Program-made: the position numbers and the translations under genes | Assembly (NCBI GenBank): GCA_043803745.1 | Contig: JAZDJS010000021.1 | Span: 16,738 to 80,737, forward strand | From: an archaeon | Lineage (GTDB): Archaea > SpSt-1190 > DYHY01 | Length of the DNA: 64,000 bases | Direction: 5' to 3' | Notes under the pieces: model-generated | What the model was told of the DNA's origin: nothing | The model's database searches: none | What the model saw: the letters and a program-made list of their open reading frames with translations, nothing else | In this document: piece after piece, positions 36,427-46,458 of the stretch | How positions within the stretch are numbered: position 1 is the first letter of the stretch | How the letters are laid out: every line of letters starts with the position of its first letter

Positions 36427-37326
36427 TCATTGGAGCGGGAAATACCTGCAAAAGGCGCAGAGCTTTCCCGAGGTCGGCTCCCTGCCGCAGGAGGGACAGA
36501 GCCGCGTCTCCTTCCCGAGGAGGGGGGCAAAAACCGGCTGGCCCTTGGAAAGATAGCTCAAGTAGAATTTCAGCCTGAATCCCGGTTCCCTCTTTTCAGC
36601 TGAAGAGAGGATTGCTTGCCACTTTTCCGTCTTCGGCTCCTTTGAAAAATTGCATTTCTTCTTCAAGTAGGGGAGTTTGAATAGTTTCGCCCAGTTTGAA
36701 AGCTCCTCCTTCGAGAAGAGGCAGAGCGGCTTTACCTTCTTCCCGAATCCAGGCAAGAGGCCGGAAACAATGGGAGTTCTCCGGGAAAGAATGTCTGGAT
36801 TCCAGGAATATACGCCGCCGAAAATCGCGGCTGTTTCGTCGTCAAGGTGATGGCCGGTTGCGAACGGGATTCCGGATTCCCGCGCCTCCCGGTTCAGGAG
36901 GGCGTTCCTTATTTCGCTGCAGGTTGCGCAGGGGTTTCGCCCCGTTCTTGAAAGTATTTCCCCGAGGGATTTATCCGGCTTTAGCAGCTTCAACTCAACG
37001 CCGCAGAAGCCGGAAATTCTCTCCGCAGCTTTTCTCGATTTGACTGAGAAAGCCCCGTTGCCCAAATCAACATGGATTGCGCGGACATTGAAACCGGCAA
37101 GCTTGAGCGAGTGGCAGAGGACGGAGCTGTCAAGGCCTCCGGAAAGCGCGACAAGGAAGGAGTTTCCCATCTGGAAATTCTTGACAGTCCAGTTTATTCT
37201 CCGAAGGAACCATTCCTTGTAATGCTCCCTGCAAAGGTCGTATTTGTGAGCCGGGAGGTGGAAGATTGCCTTTTTCTTCGCCGGGGCGTTCTTCTTGATG
37301 CAGATTGTGCAGTAAGGTGAAGACAC
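36427..37326 (-). CDS. PP-loop ATP pyrophosphatase of the TtcA/NcsA (Ctu1-like) tRNA thiolation family
   Basis: SGGLDSSV PP-loop, N-terminal CxxC and C-terminal CPSCG..CAFC zinc/Fe-S cysteines. Confidence 0.6.
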   Translation of the reverse strand: MSSPYCTICIKKNAPAKKKAIFHLPAHKYDLCREHYKEWFLRRINWTVKNFQMGNSFLVALSGGLDSSVLCHSLKLAGFNVRAIHVDLGNGAFSVKSRKAAERISGFCGVELKLLKPDKSLGEILSRTGRNPCATCSEIRNALLNREARESGIPFATGHHLDDETAAIFGGVYSWNPDILSRRTPIVSGLLPGFGKKVKPLCLFSKEELSNWAKLFKLPYLKKKCNFSKEPKTEKWQAILSSAEKREPGFRLKFYLSYLSKGQPVFAPLLGKETRLCPSCGREPTSGKLCAFCRYFPLQ

Positions 37327-37437
37327 TTTCGGATTCTAAAGGGTTGCTTTTAACGGAATTGGTGTGGCTTGCAAAAGTCTTGAAATAACCCTGCTTAAGT
37401 AGTAAATGTTATAAAGGAAAAGGTATCTTTAGCGCGT

Positions 37438-38271
37438 ATGTTCGAAGTTGCCCAAGCGCTTTATGAGTTCACCGTAGGGCCGATTATTGAGGGCCTGGGT
37501 GCTGCCAAGCAAGATTTAGATTTGTCTCAATTTGAGCTTGGCAAGGGGAATGTTCCGCAAATCCCGGCGCGGATTTCTGGAAGGCGGGGCGCTCCCGAAA
37601 GACCTGAAAGTTATCAGGCACTCCTTGATGCCGCTTTGAAAGTCGCATCTGGCCCAAAAGGCACACGGGTTGCTGGAAAGTACGTCAATCCCGAAAACCC
37701 GGACGGGCTTCCGCAAGGGTTCCACATTGCAAAGGTTTCCCAAGTGACTGCCAGCGTAAGAGAAGTTCCGGAACCGGGATATTTGTGGAATCGGCCGAAA
37801 ACACCAGTTCATTACGCGCAAGTCAAAATTGCAAGAAGGGGTGAACTGGATGTCGCATGGCTCGATAACTCTGCTTCCGATTTCTTCGAGGGCATGGTTG
37901 GAACACACAAATTCATTTTCGAAAAGTCCGAGCTAGGAGACCCCAAAATTTCAACTGACAACGCTATTGACAGGTATCACGGCATCTGCCGAACAAATTG
38001 CACTGTTCCGATACGGGTTGGTGGCGAAGAAATGGCGGCAATGCAGCTTTACCAGGAAAGCAACGGCAAACCCGTCTATTTGCGCCTTGCGATAGCTGGT
38101 CCTCTCGGAAATCCGACTGGGAAACGTGAGCTTTTGACGGAGTCTTTGTGCACGTTTGTTGCAGCAACCGGGGTTCTCTGGCAAGCTTGGCAGGAAAGCG
38201 AAAGCCTGAAAGAGTTCGAAAGATATGCCAACGCAGCTTTTTCGGGGAAACGCGCTAGGGCAAATTGTTAA
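37438..38271 (+). CDS. Hypothetical protein in a low-GC patch
   Basis: 277-aa ORF. The flanking 5-prime region is AT-rich. Confidence 0.4.
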   Translation: MFEVAQALYEFTVGPIIEGLGAAKQDLDLSQFELGKGNVPQIPARISGRRGAPERPESYQALLDAALKVASGPKGTRVAGKYVNPENPDGLPQGFHIAKVSQVTASVREVPEPGYLWNRPKTPVHYAQVKIARRGELDVAWLDNSASDFFEGMVGTHKFIFEKSELGDPKISTDNAIDRYHGICRTNCTVPIRVGGEEMAAMQLYQESNGKPVYLRLAIAGPLGNPTGKRELLTESLCTFVAATGVLWQAWQESESLKEFERYANAAFSGKRARANC

Positions 38272-38297
38272 TATACCGGAACGTTTGGGACCAGGAA

Positions 38298-38522
38298 ATG
38301 GCGGAAAAGGTTGGCAAGAAGAAATCCGAAGAGTGCCGCAGTTGCAGCTGCTGGAAGGGGCAGGGGGCTTCCGGAGGAATCTACGGCCTCGGATTCATAG
38401 GCGCGCTTTTCTATTACATTCCCCAGGCAGCAACATTTTGGGCGGGAGTTCTCGGTTTCCTAAAGGCGCTTGTCTGGCCGGCATTCCTCGTTTACAGGCT
38501 ACTGTCTTTTCTGAAAGCTTAG
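38298..38522 (+). CDS. Small membrane protein
   Basis: MAEKVGKKKSEECRSCSCWKGQGASGGIYGLGFIGALFYYIPQAATFWAGVLGFL... Confidence 0.3.
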   Translation: MAEKVGKKKSEECRSCSCWKGQGASGGIYGLGFIGALFYYIPQAATFWAGVLGFLKALVWPAFLVYRLLSFLKA

Positions 38523-38536
38523 GTTCCCGAAAGAAA

Positions 38537-38773
38537 ATGAAATTCAGTAAAGTCATCCTTGCTCCCGGGGGGGAAATGAAAGCGCATTCGAACGGGGCTT
38601 CCGAGGAACTCATTGTCGTTGTAAGGGGAACCGCGGCCGTTTCATTTGGCGGAGTTGAACGGGAGGCTTCTGCGGGAGGCCATCTTCTGATACCGAGGGA
38701 AACCTTGCATTCGGTCAGGAACCGGGGGAGCGCGCCTTTAGAGTATTACTATATCCTTCCCGAGAAAAACTAG
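38537..38773 (+). CDS. Small cupin-domain protein (about 78 aa)
   Basis: MKFSKVILAPGGEMKAHSNGASEELIVVVRGTAAVSFGG...HLLIPRETLHSVRN. Confidence 0.5.
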   Translation: MKFSKVILAPGGEMKAHSNGASEELIVVVRGTAAVSFGGVEREASAGGHLLIPRETLHSVRNRGSAPLEYYYILPEKN

Positions 38774-39411
38774 GGTTGCTGCTGCTGAAGAACTTGGGAA
38801 GAAACCTGCTTTTTCAGGGCATCGATTTTCCTTCTCCTGACAACGAAAAATCCTGCGACTTGGAAACCTATTGTAGCTAATGCGAAAATAACCAGCAGGA
38901 ATTCGACGAGGTTCGGGCGGGACAAGTCAAGGCCGTTCGCCTTGAAAATGAAATGATAGAGGGAGAGCGCAAAGGCAAGATAGTTGAACCTTTGGATTCC
39001 TTTCCAGACGGGAGTGCCGAGGAGCTTCGTCGCCCAGTCAGCTGAGGTCAGGGCGAGGGGAGTGAAGATTGCAAGGGCGATTGTCCCTGCCGTGAAAGGC
39101 AAATAGGAAAAAAAGAGGGAAAAATCCCAGCCAAGCTGGAAAGAAAGGGAAAGGATCCCGTGGAAAAGGACGAGGAAGAATGAAGCAATCCCGACCGCGC
39201 GCCTCGGCTCGACAAGCTGTGCGAACCTCTGGGGCCAGATTACCGCAAGGGGCCCAATCAGGAGGGTCACCGTAATCAGGAAGAACCCTGAGAGGGCGAG
39301 GAACCTTGTTCCCGAGGAAACCCCTGCCGGGGCCGGAACGGTAGAATTGTAGAACGCAATTGCGGCAAGGGCGAGGAAAAGGTAGAGGAAAAGCTGGCTT
39401 GTCTTGTTCAT
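38770..39411 (-). CDS. Polytopic membrane protein, possibly with a ferric-reductase-like (MsrQ/YedZ-type) heme-binding TM domain
   Basis: 213 aa with about 6 TM helices and conserved His in FHGILS and LYHFIF. Confidence 0.4.
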   Translation of the reverse strand: MNKTSQLFLYLFLALAAIAFYNSTVPAPAGVSSGTRFLALSGFFLITVTLLIGPLAVIWPQRFAQLVEPRRAVGIASFFLVLFHGILSLSFQLGWDFSLFFSYLPFTAGTIALAIFTPLALTSADWATKLLGTPVWKGIQRFNYLAFALSLYHFIFKANGLDLSRPNLVEFLLVIFALATIGFQVAGFFVVRRRKIDALKKQVSSQVLQQQQP

Positions 39412-42400
39412 TCTTTTTCCCCTGCAGGTTCTCTTGAGGACTCCGACCCTTCCCGGGAGAAACCGATTTCCGCGGCCCCGAGCCCGAGGTCGCCGAGGGA
39501 AACGCTGTCGCAGAAAACTTTCGAGCCACTCATTATCCTCACAAGCTCCATTTCCTGCGCCCCGACCTTCTCTTTCATAGCGGGGAGGAAGGGCGTTATC
39601 AGCTGCTCGGCCTTTTCGTCAAGACCGAGCTCAAGGACTATTTTCTGGGAAACCGTGAAACCGGAATCCTTCCGCATTGCCTGAATCTTGCGCGTGATTT
39701 CCCGGGAAGCTGCCTCGCCAAGCAGCGCGTCGTCAAGCTTCTTGTCAACGAAAACGACGAAGCCCGCTTCCTCGCCTCTCGCGTAATCGCCTGCGGGCTC
39801 CTCCGGGGAAACCTCGATTTTCTTGCAGTTCGCAAGGCGGGAGATAATTTCCCCCGCGAGGGAAATTGCCCTGGAAATGCCCTCTTCCTTGGAAACCACG
39901 ATTGCCTTCGCAACTGGATATCTGAGTTTTATTCCGGCAGCGTTCCGCGCAGCCATCAGAGCCTCAATTACTTTCTGGGCTGTGAAGACGGCCTCCTCAA
40001 GGGCTGAGTCGATTTTCCCTTCCTCGCATTCCGGCCAGGAACAGAGATGAATCGACTCTGAAACGGAGGAATCAAAGCTCTTCTCAAAGTTCTGGTAGAT
40101 TTCCTCGGAAATCATTGGGACGATTGGCGCCGAAAGCCGCAGTAGCTTTGAAAGAACCTCGTAAAGGGTCTGGTATGCGGCAAGCTTGTCCTCCCCCTGC
40201 GCGCCGGGCCAAGTCCTCTCGCGGATCAGCTTGATGTATGTCCGAGAAAGGTCGTTCACGAAAAACTTTTGGAGTGTCTCGGAAGTCTCCTCAATCTTGT
40301 AGTTGTCGAATGCTTCCGTAAGCCCTCGCACAAGGCTGTTGAGCCTTGAGAGAATCCATTTGTCCTCGATTTTCTTCTCGACCTGAGCCCCGCCGGGCCT
40401 GAATCCGTCAACGGACATGTAGCCGTGGGCGAAAGAATAGCTGTTGTAGAGAATCCGGAGATTGTTGAAAGCGTCCCTGACATATCTTTCGGAATATGAC
40501 ATGTCTTCCCCCGCCTTTGCGGAGGAGATGAAGAACATCCGGAGGCTGTCCGCCCCGTATTTCGGAAGGACTTCCTCGGGGGAAACGAAATTGCCAAGGG
40601 ATTTCGAGAATTTCCGCCCAATCTCGTCGTTAACGAATCCGTGCATGTAAACCGCCTTGTAGGGCGCTCGCCCGGTTGCAAGGACGCCGAGGCACATCAG
40701 GCTGTTGAACCAGCCGCGTATCTGGTCCTTGCCCTCGATTATGAAGTCGACAGGATAGGAGTCCGAAAGAACGTTCGGGTTTTCCGCCGGGAAGCGCTGG
40801 GCCGCCCAGGAGGCGGAACCGGCTTCTCCCCAGACATCGAAAATATCTGGCACGCGCGTCATGGCGTCCCGCTTGCATTTCTTGCACGCGAACTTTATCT
40901 CGTCAATCCAGGGCCTGTGCAAATCCTTCGGCTGGGTCGGGAGCTCTTTCGCGGAACCGACAACCTCTATTTCCCCGCAGTATTCGCATTTCCATATTGG
41001 GAGGGGAACGCCCCAGTATCTCTGGCGGGAGATGCACCAGTCCTGGAGGTTATCGAGCCAGGAATCGAACCAGGAAGAACCCGCCCAGTCCGGGACCCAC
41101 TTGACCTGCTTGTTCGCCTCGCGCATCTTCTCCTTGAGGCTTGCGGTTGAGAAGAACCACTGAGTCGTCGCAAGGAATATCAGGGGCGTCTTGCATCTCC
41201 AGCAAATCGGGTATTCGTGCGTGAATTTCTCGGTTGAGAAAAGCAGGCCTTTCTTCTCAAGATCCTCGATTATTTTCGGGTCGGCGTCCCTCTTGGCAAT
41301 GAATCCGTGATATTTGCCGGCCTCCTCGGTGAATGCTCCGGAAAGCTTGATCGGGCAGAACATGTCAAGGCCCTCCTTCTTCCCAACCTCAAAATCCTCG
41401 GGACCGGTTCCCGGAGCCAGGTGGACGCATCCGGTTCCGGCATCAAGATGGACATATTCCTTCGAGAGGACGACTGAATGGTTCTTATTGTCCTTCTCAG
41501 CAAACTTCCTCTGGGCGGGGATCTCGTCAATCAGGGGGTGGACGTACTTCAGACCGGCAAGCTCGGAGCCGGGAACCTCCTTCACGATTTTGTATCCGCG
41601 CCCGGCAAGTATCTTTTCCGCAAGCTCCTTTGCAAGTATCAGGGTCTCCCTCGGGGTCTCCCTCGGGGTCTCCCCGGGGAGCTCCCCGCCGCACTCGGCA
41701 TAGACATACTGGAAATCCGGGTTTACCATCACCCCCATGTTTGTCGGGAGCGTCCAAGGGGTTGTCGTCCATATCAGTATGAATGTTTTCTCGGCTCCGG
41801 CGACCGGGAACTTCACGAATATCGAGTTCTCAGTTATGTTCGCGTATTCCTGCTCGTGCTTGGCAAGGGCGGTTTCGCAGCGGGGGCATGCCGTAAGGAC
41901 CTTCGGCCCGTTGACAAGGTAGTTGCTGAGATATGCCTGCTTTATTCCCCACCAGACACCCTCGATGTAATAGTTCTCGATTGTCAGGTAGGGATTCTCC
42001 CAATCCATCCAGACCCCGAGGCGGATGAACTGGCCGTTCATTATCGCCAGGTTCTTCTTCGCGAAATTCCGGCAGTAGTTCACGAAATTCCCGACGCCGT
42101 ATTCCTCAATCTGCTTTTTGGATTTTATCCCGATTTCCTTCTCGACCTTGAGCTCGACCGGGAGCCCGTGCATGTCGTATCCCGGGGTGTCATTTACCGA
42201 AAAGCCCCGCATTGCCTTGTAGCGGAGGACCGAATCCTTCATTATCTTGTTCCAGGCGGTTCCGAGGTGTATTGCGCCGGTCGGATAGGGGGGTCCGTCA
42301 ATGAACGTGAACCTAGGCTTGCCGGACTGACCGGCCTTCCATTTTGAATAAATCGACTTCTCTTTCCAGAACGAAAGAATCCGCTCTTCTGTTGGAACTA

Positions 42401-42437
42401 TTTCGAACGCGCCCCCGCTACCATCGCCAAAGACCAT
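39408..42437 (-). CDS. ileS: Isoleucyl-tRNA synthetase
   Basis: 1009 aa. PPYPTGAIHLGTAWNKI (HIGH-type) and KFSKSLGN (KMSKS). It carries an ETPRETPRETP tandem insertion. Confidence 0.9.
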   Translation of the reverse strand: MVFGDGSGGAFEIVPTEERILSFWKEKSIYSKWKAGQSGKPRFTFIDGPPYPTGAIHLGTAWNKIMKDSVLRYKAMRGFSVNDTPGYDMHGLPVELKVEKEIGIKSKKQIEEYGVGNFVNYCRNFAKKNLAIMNGQFIRLGVWMDWENPYLTIENYYIEGVWWGIKQAYLSNYLVNGPKVLTACPRCETALAKHEQEYANITENSIFVKFPVAGAEKTFILIWTTTPWTLPTNMGVMVNPDFQYVYAECGGELPGETPRETPRETLILAKELAEKILAGRGYKIVKEVPGSELAGLKYVHPLIDEIPAQRKFAEKDNKNHSVVLSKEYVHLDAGTGCVHLAPGTGPEDFEVGKKEGLDMFCPIKLSGAFTEEAGKYHGFIAKRDADPKIIEDLEKKGLLFSTEKFTHEYPICWRCKTPLIFLATTQWFFSTASLKEKMREANKQVKWVPDWAGSSWFDSWLDNLQDWCISRQRYWGVPLPIWKCEYCGEIEVVGSAKELPTQPKDLHRPWIDEIKFACKKCKRDAMTRVPDIFDVWGEAGSASWAAQRFPAENPNVLSDSYPVDFIIEGKDQIRGWFNSLMCLGVLATGRAPYKAVYMHGFVNDEIGRKFSKSLGNFVSPEEVLPKYGADSLRMFFISSAKAGEDMSYSERYVRDAFNNLRILYNSYSFAHGYMSVDGFRPGGAQVEKKIEDKWILSRLNSLVRGLTEAFDNYKIEETSETLQKFFVNDLSRTYIKLIRERTWPGAQGEDKLAAYQTLYEVLSKLLRLSAPIVPMISEEIYQNFEKSFDSSVSESIHLCSWPECEEGKIDSALEEAVFTAQKVIEALMAARNAAGIKLRYPVAKAIVVSKEEGISRAISLAGEIISRLANCKKIEVSPEEPAGDYARGEEAGFVVFVDKKLDDALLGEAASREITRKIQAMRKDSGFTVSQKIVLELGLDEKAEQLITPFLPAMKEKVGAQEMELVRIMSGSKVFCDSVSLGDLGLGAAEIGFSREGSESSREPAGEKE

Positions 42438-42689
42438 TTGAGGCGGGGGATGAAACGGAGGTTTTTAACTATTTTTCCCCGTAGGGCGAGTTTTCCCCGG
42501 GAAATTTTGGGTAAGGGTTGAACCACCTCGGGCTAAGGCCTGGGAGTTCATCAAATAGCTCGGCGTAGCTGGACCCAAATCCGTGAAATCCTTGGAGCGT
42601 CGCGGACGAAGACCGCCCGCATCTCCGGCCTGAAAGGTTGTTAGATTTAAGCGGAAAGGATTAAAAACAAACGCAGAGTCCGGATTACC

Positions 42690-44555
42690 GTGATGCGCGC
42701 GGGGAAACGTGGCGGAAGAAGGGGAATTGACGCGATTCTAACGACAATTCTCCTGGTCCTGCTTGTGATTGCCTCGGTCGGGGGCGCCTGGTTTTTCTTC
42801 TCGAAAATGCAGGGCAAGTTCCAGAGCTCCGGCGAGGGCAGCGCGGAGGAGCAGATAGAAACCACCGGAGGAATGCTCTCAATTGACTCGGCATACTCGA
42901 GGGAAGTCTACATAAGGAACGTCGGCAGGACTACCCTGCGAACCTTCGACCTTTACCTTAACGAGGAAAAACTCTTCCTGACAACGAGGCCGGAACCGCT
43001 CACCTCCGGGCAGTCCGGAATACTCAAGATTGCAATCGAGCTCAAGAAGGGCGACTGGGTCAAGGTAATCTCGGACAAGAGCGTCATCGCCTCCTACAAG
43101 GTTGAGCGGACGAAGACCGCCCGCTGCGGGAACCTGCGCTGCGAATTCCCCTCCGAGGAAAGCTGCACAAGCTGCCCCGAGGACTGCGGATATTGCACGG
43201 ACTTTGTTTCCGCAAGAATGTATCCGAAAAACACCCAGGTCGGGGGGACTCTGACAATAGAGCTTTCCCTCGAGGCGAAGATGCTTGTTGAATCGGCAAT
43301 AGCAAGAATGAGCCTTCCGAACAGGACTGTCGAGGAAATCCCGATGAGGAACGCGGGCGGGCTTTGGAGCGTCACAAGAGTCTCGGACCAGACGGGCCTT
43401 TATGTTGCCGATGTCAGGGTCAAGGAGAAGAACGGGCCCTTCCTTCCGGATGTACGGGCAGGAATTTCAAGCACATCCGGATGGGGAAGCAACGACTGGA
43501 AGAGACGGAAGGCGATAATGGCAAGCGAAGGAGTCGGCTTTGAGAGGGTTTTCGAATATGTCAGGGCTAACTTCACCGGGCTCGTTCTCTCTTCCGGAAG
43601 CTGCAGGGAAGTCAAGATAACGGACATTTTCGGCAACCCGAGGCCGAGCCAGGTCATTGACGGGGGAAGCGACTGGTGCGAAATGATTGCCCCGCTTGAC
43701 GCGCTCGAGGGTGTTTCCGACCAGATAATCGGGTTCATCTATTATGACAACCCCAGTCCGCCGGGGCCTGGCGCGCCAACCGACCTGCTTCCTTTCGACA
43801 ATTCGACTAAATGCGCGGAAAGCGGGAATCTCAGGCTCTGCTTCGGCGGGGCGGATGACGGCGGGATGCGCTCCCTTTCCTCGTCAATTGTCGGAAAGGA
43901 CACCAATCTCCTTTCGGCGCACACCCGGGACAGCAAATACTACCGGAGCGGAATACAGCCGCAGATGGACTATCCGATTGGGCTCGACCTCCTCTGGTGC
44001 TCCAATTACACGAGCATAGGCTCCCCGGAAATAATTGTCGGAGGGGGGCTTTACCAGCGGGTCAGGTATGACCTAGGGGTGACCTGCTCCGGAACCGAAT
44101 ACAACTACCGGATTTTCCTCGACTTTTATTCGAACAAGAGCTTCTACGACTTTTCGGCGCAGACGCTCTCGGAAATAGAAACTGGAAAGGGCGGGGAGAG
44201 CGTCCTTTTCGCTCCCAACTGGAACATGGATGCGGTCTATTTCACGCAGGAAGGAACGACCTGCAGCGGCGACGCATGCTTCTACTGGAGCGACCTCCTG
44301 AAATCCCCGGCAGACCTTGGGATAGGAGCGACTCCGATTGAGAATTCGCAATACGTTCTTTTCGAATCCCTCACGCCCCCGCACACCTACAAAGTTCCGG
44401 AAGGCAGCTCAATTCCCCCGGGGGAGCTGCTCTACCGCGTGAGAACGTTCCTGGCGACAAGGGATGACATTTTCTTCAACGCAATATCAGTTCCGCCAAT
44501 TGCAAGGAACCCGATTTCGAGTTCAGTTTACTTGGGTGAGGAGGAAATAGCATGA
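42690..44555 (+). CDS. Large secreted/surface protein with a class III (archaeal type IV pilin-like) signal peptide
   Basis: N-terminus MMRAGKRGGRRG|IDAILTTILLVLLVIASVGG has a basic region then Gly then a hydrophobic helix. 621 aa, Cys pairs, several N-x-S/T sites. Confidence 0.55.
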   Translation: MMRAGKRGGRRGIDAILTTILLVLLVIASVGGAWFFFSKMQGKFQSSGEGSAEEQIETTGGMLSIDSAYSREVYIRNVGRTTLRTFDLYLNEEKLFLTTRPEPLTSGQSGILKIAIELKKGDWVKVISDKSVIASYKVERTKTARCGNLRCEFPSEESCTSCPEDCGYCTDFVSARMYPKNTQVGGTLTIELSLEAKMLVESAIARMSLPNRTVEEIPMRNAGGLWSVTRVSDQTGLYVADVRVKEKNGPFLPDVRAGISSTSGWGSNDWKRRKAIMASEGVGFERVFEYVRANFTGLVLSSGSCREVKITDIFGNPRPSQVIDGGSDWCEMIAPLDALEGVSDQIIGFIYYDNPSPPGPGAPTDLLPFDNSTKCAESGNLRLCFGGADDGGMRSLSSSIVGKDTNLLSAHTRDSKYYRSGIQPQMDYPIGLDLLWCSNYTSIGSPEIIVGGGLYQRVRYDLGVTCSGTEYNYRIFLDFYSNKSFYDFSAQTLSEIETGKGGESVLFAPNWNMDAVYFTQEGTTCSGDACFYWSDLLKSPADLGIGATPIENSQYVLFESLTPPHTYKVPEGSSIPPGELLYRVRTFLATRDDIFFNAISVPPIARNPISSSVYLGEEEIA

Positions 44556-46453
44556 AGGTCCGTGAGCGGGGACGGATAAGGAAGGGCCTTGCGCCCGTTG
44601 CGATAATGCTGATCCTGCTTCTGACGCTTTCCATTGCCCTCTCGGCATGGCTTGTGATCAGCGGGCTCAATAACCAGGCAAAAACGCAGGCGGAAGCTGA
44701 TGCCGCGGCGGCAAGGAAGAAAATATCGACGGGAATTGCAATTGACGGGATAGACAGCAACCGGCTTTTCATAAGGAATTCTGGCAAGGGAAGGATAAAC
44801 GACGTAAGCGTTTATGTTGACAACGTGCCAATAGAGATCGTCGAGCAGTTCAGGGGGCTTGACGCTGGGCAGAGCGGGGAAATCAGCCTTGAGAAGGCCC
44901 CCACTTTCGGGGACCACAGGATAAAGATAATTGCAAACTCGGCGGTCCAGGACGAAATAACAGTTTCCGGGCGGGCGCTCTCGGGATTTGACGCAAGAAT
45001 CCCGATTAGGGTCACAAACCAGTATCCGCGGGACTATCGCTCAGTCTGGGCTTTCGGAGGCTCCGGAAAGAATGTGACGATTTCAATCCCGGTTTCAAGC
45101 CGCACATCGGTGGTCCTTGATTCCGAAGGGCTCGAATATCCGAGCAGGGTAAAGACGAGCTGGTATGACCCGGCGTGGAAAAAGCGCAGGCCGCTCGTTT
45201 TCTCGGACCTCTCCGGCGTCGGTTTCTCCGGGGAGCCGGTCGAATTCACGCTTTCCAGCCTCGCCCTTTCAACGGGGCGCTGCGAAGAAGTCAGGATTAC
45301 CGATGATTCCGGGGCGCTCGTCAGGTCGGATTTCGTTTCCGGTTCCGGAGCAACGTGCAAATTCAGGATGCAGTTTTTCTCCCCTCCGAACGGGTCAACG
45401 AGATATTACGCATATTATGCGAATCCTACGGCGGAAATTCAGAATGCCGAAACCGGGATAAACGTCTCGGAAATGGGCGACCGGCTCTGCCTCGACAACG
45501 GGAAGCTTCTTGTCTGCCTTGGACTTGACAAGGGGGGCGTCTTGAACATTTCCGAGTCCGAAATGCAGAACCTGCTTGCCGAAAACGTCGGTCCGGACGG
45601 GAAATATTCCGGTCTTGCCCCTTCGGTGAAATACAAGGAGGGTTGGGACTACTCCGTCTGCTCGCCATACAGATTCAGCGAGTATGCAATCACGGAAGGC
45701 TCGAAGGATCATGCGGGAAAAACCAATTCAACGAGCGGCGCAAGCAAGAAAATCGGCGTGAAGGTTTCCTCGACAAGAACAATTGTGGAATACGTTTTCG
45801 GGACAACCTGCTCCGGCACGGAATACCTGTACAAATACCTCCTTACGATTTACCCGGATACCCTCTTTTACGACATCGAAATCCAGAACCTCGCCCAGAT
45901 TGATTTCGGGGGGAGCCTGCAGAACTTCTTCGCCCAGGCAAATTGGGCGAAGGTTTACCCGAGCGGGAACTCCGTTGTTGCCGACGGGAACTATTCCGCA
46001 TACTGGAACGAAAAGATTCCAGACGGAACCGGCATAGGCGTTGTTGCGCTCGAGCTTTCCCCGCGGGCAATTGCCGGCTTCCTAAGACCGCCAAGCTTCA
46101 TCGTTGTCGAGGATTCCGAACCCCTTCAGGCCGGGACGATAATTTCCGCAAGGACGGTCCTTTCGAAGAACTACGCGGGTGCCGAGGAAACCCGGCGCGC
46201 CTTCATCAGAAGCCAGGGGGGTTACATAAATATTTCCGAGGGCGGCGACGAGGGCATCCCAGTAAACACGACTGCAACGGTTGATTTCGCGCTTGCGATC
46301 GACAAGGGCGCCTCCCGGAGCGTTTATTTCTATTACGCTGACAGGGGACCTGAGGGCGCTTCACGGGAAAAGCCGGAACATCCGAGTTCCATTTCCGGAT
46401 ATGCCCTGGAAGCCTCCTTGGTCGGAAAGGAAGAGCGCCTCTCTTCCAGGTGA
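44552..46453 (+). CDS. Paralogous large surface protein with a class III signal peptide
   Basis: N-terminus MKVRERGRIRKG|LAPVAIMLILLLTLSIALSAW. Shares blocks with the upstream gene (TCSGTEY.Y...FYD, C.EV.ITD). Its start overlaps the upstream stop by 4 bp. Confidence 0.55.
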   Translation: MKVRERGRIRKGLAPVAIMLILLLTLSIALSAWLVISGLNNQAKTQAEADAAAARKKISTGIAIDGIDSNRLFIRNSGKGRINDVSVYVDNVPIEIVEQFRGLDAGQSGEISLEKAPTFGDHRIKIIANSAVQDEITVSGRALSGFDARIPIRVTNQYPRDYRSVWAFGGSGKNVTISIPVSSRTSVVLDSEGLEYPSRVKTSWYDPAWKKRRPLVFSDLSGVGFSGEPVEFTLSSLALSTGRCEEVRITDDSGALVRSDFVSGSGATCKFRMQFFSPPNGSTRYYAYYANPTAEIQNAETGINVSEMGDRLCLDNGKLLVCLGLDKGGVLNISESEMQNLLAENVGPDGKYSGLAPSVKYKEGWDYSVCSPYRFSEYAITEGSKDHAGKTNSTSGASKKIGVKVSSTRTIVEYVFGTTCSGTEYLYKYLLTIYPDTLFYDIEIQNLAQIDFGGSLQNFFAQANWAKVYPSGNSVVADGNYSAYWNEKIPDGTGIGVVALELSPRAIAGFLRPPSFIVVEDSEPLQAGTIISARTVLSKNYAGAEETRRAFIRSQGGYINISEGGDEGIPVNTTATVDFALAIDKGASRSVYFYYADRGPEGASREKPEHPSSISGYALEASLVGKEERLSSR

Positions 46454-46458
46454 GCCAT

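Noticed and set aside
40641-42347. + strand ORFs of 169 and 289 aa inside ileS
   Set aside because: Antisense to the 1009-aa IleRS gene, which has the HIGH and KMSKS motifs.
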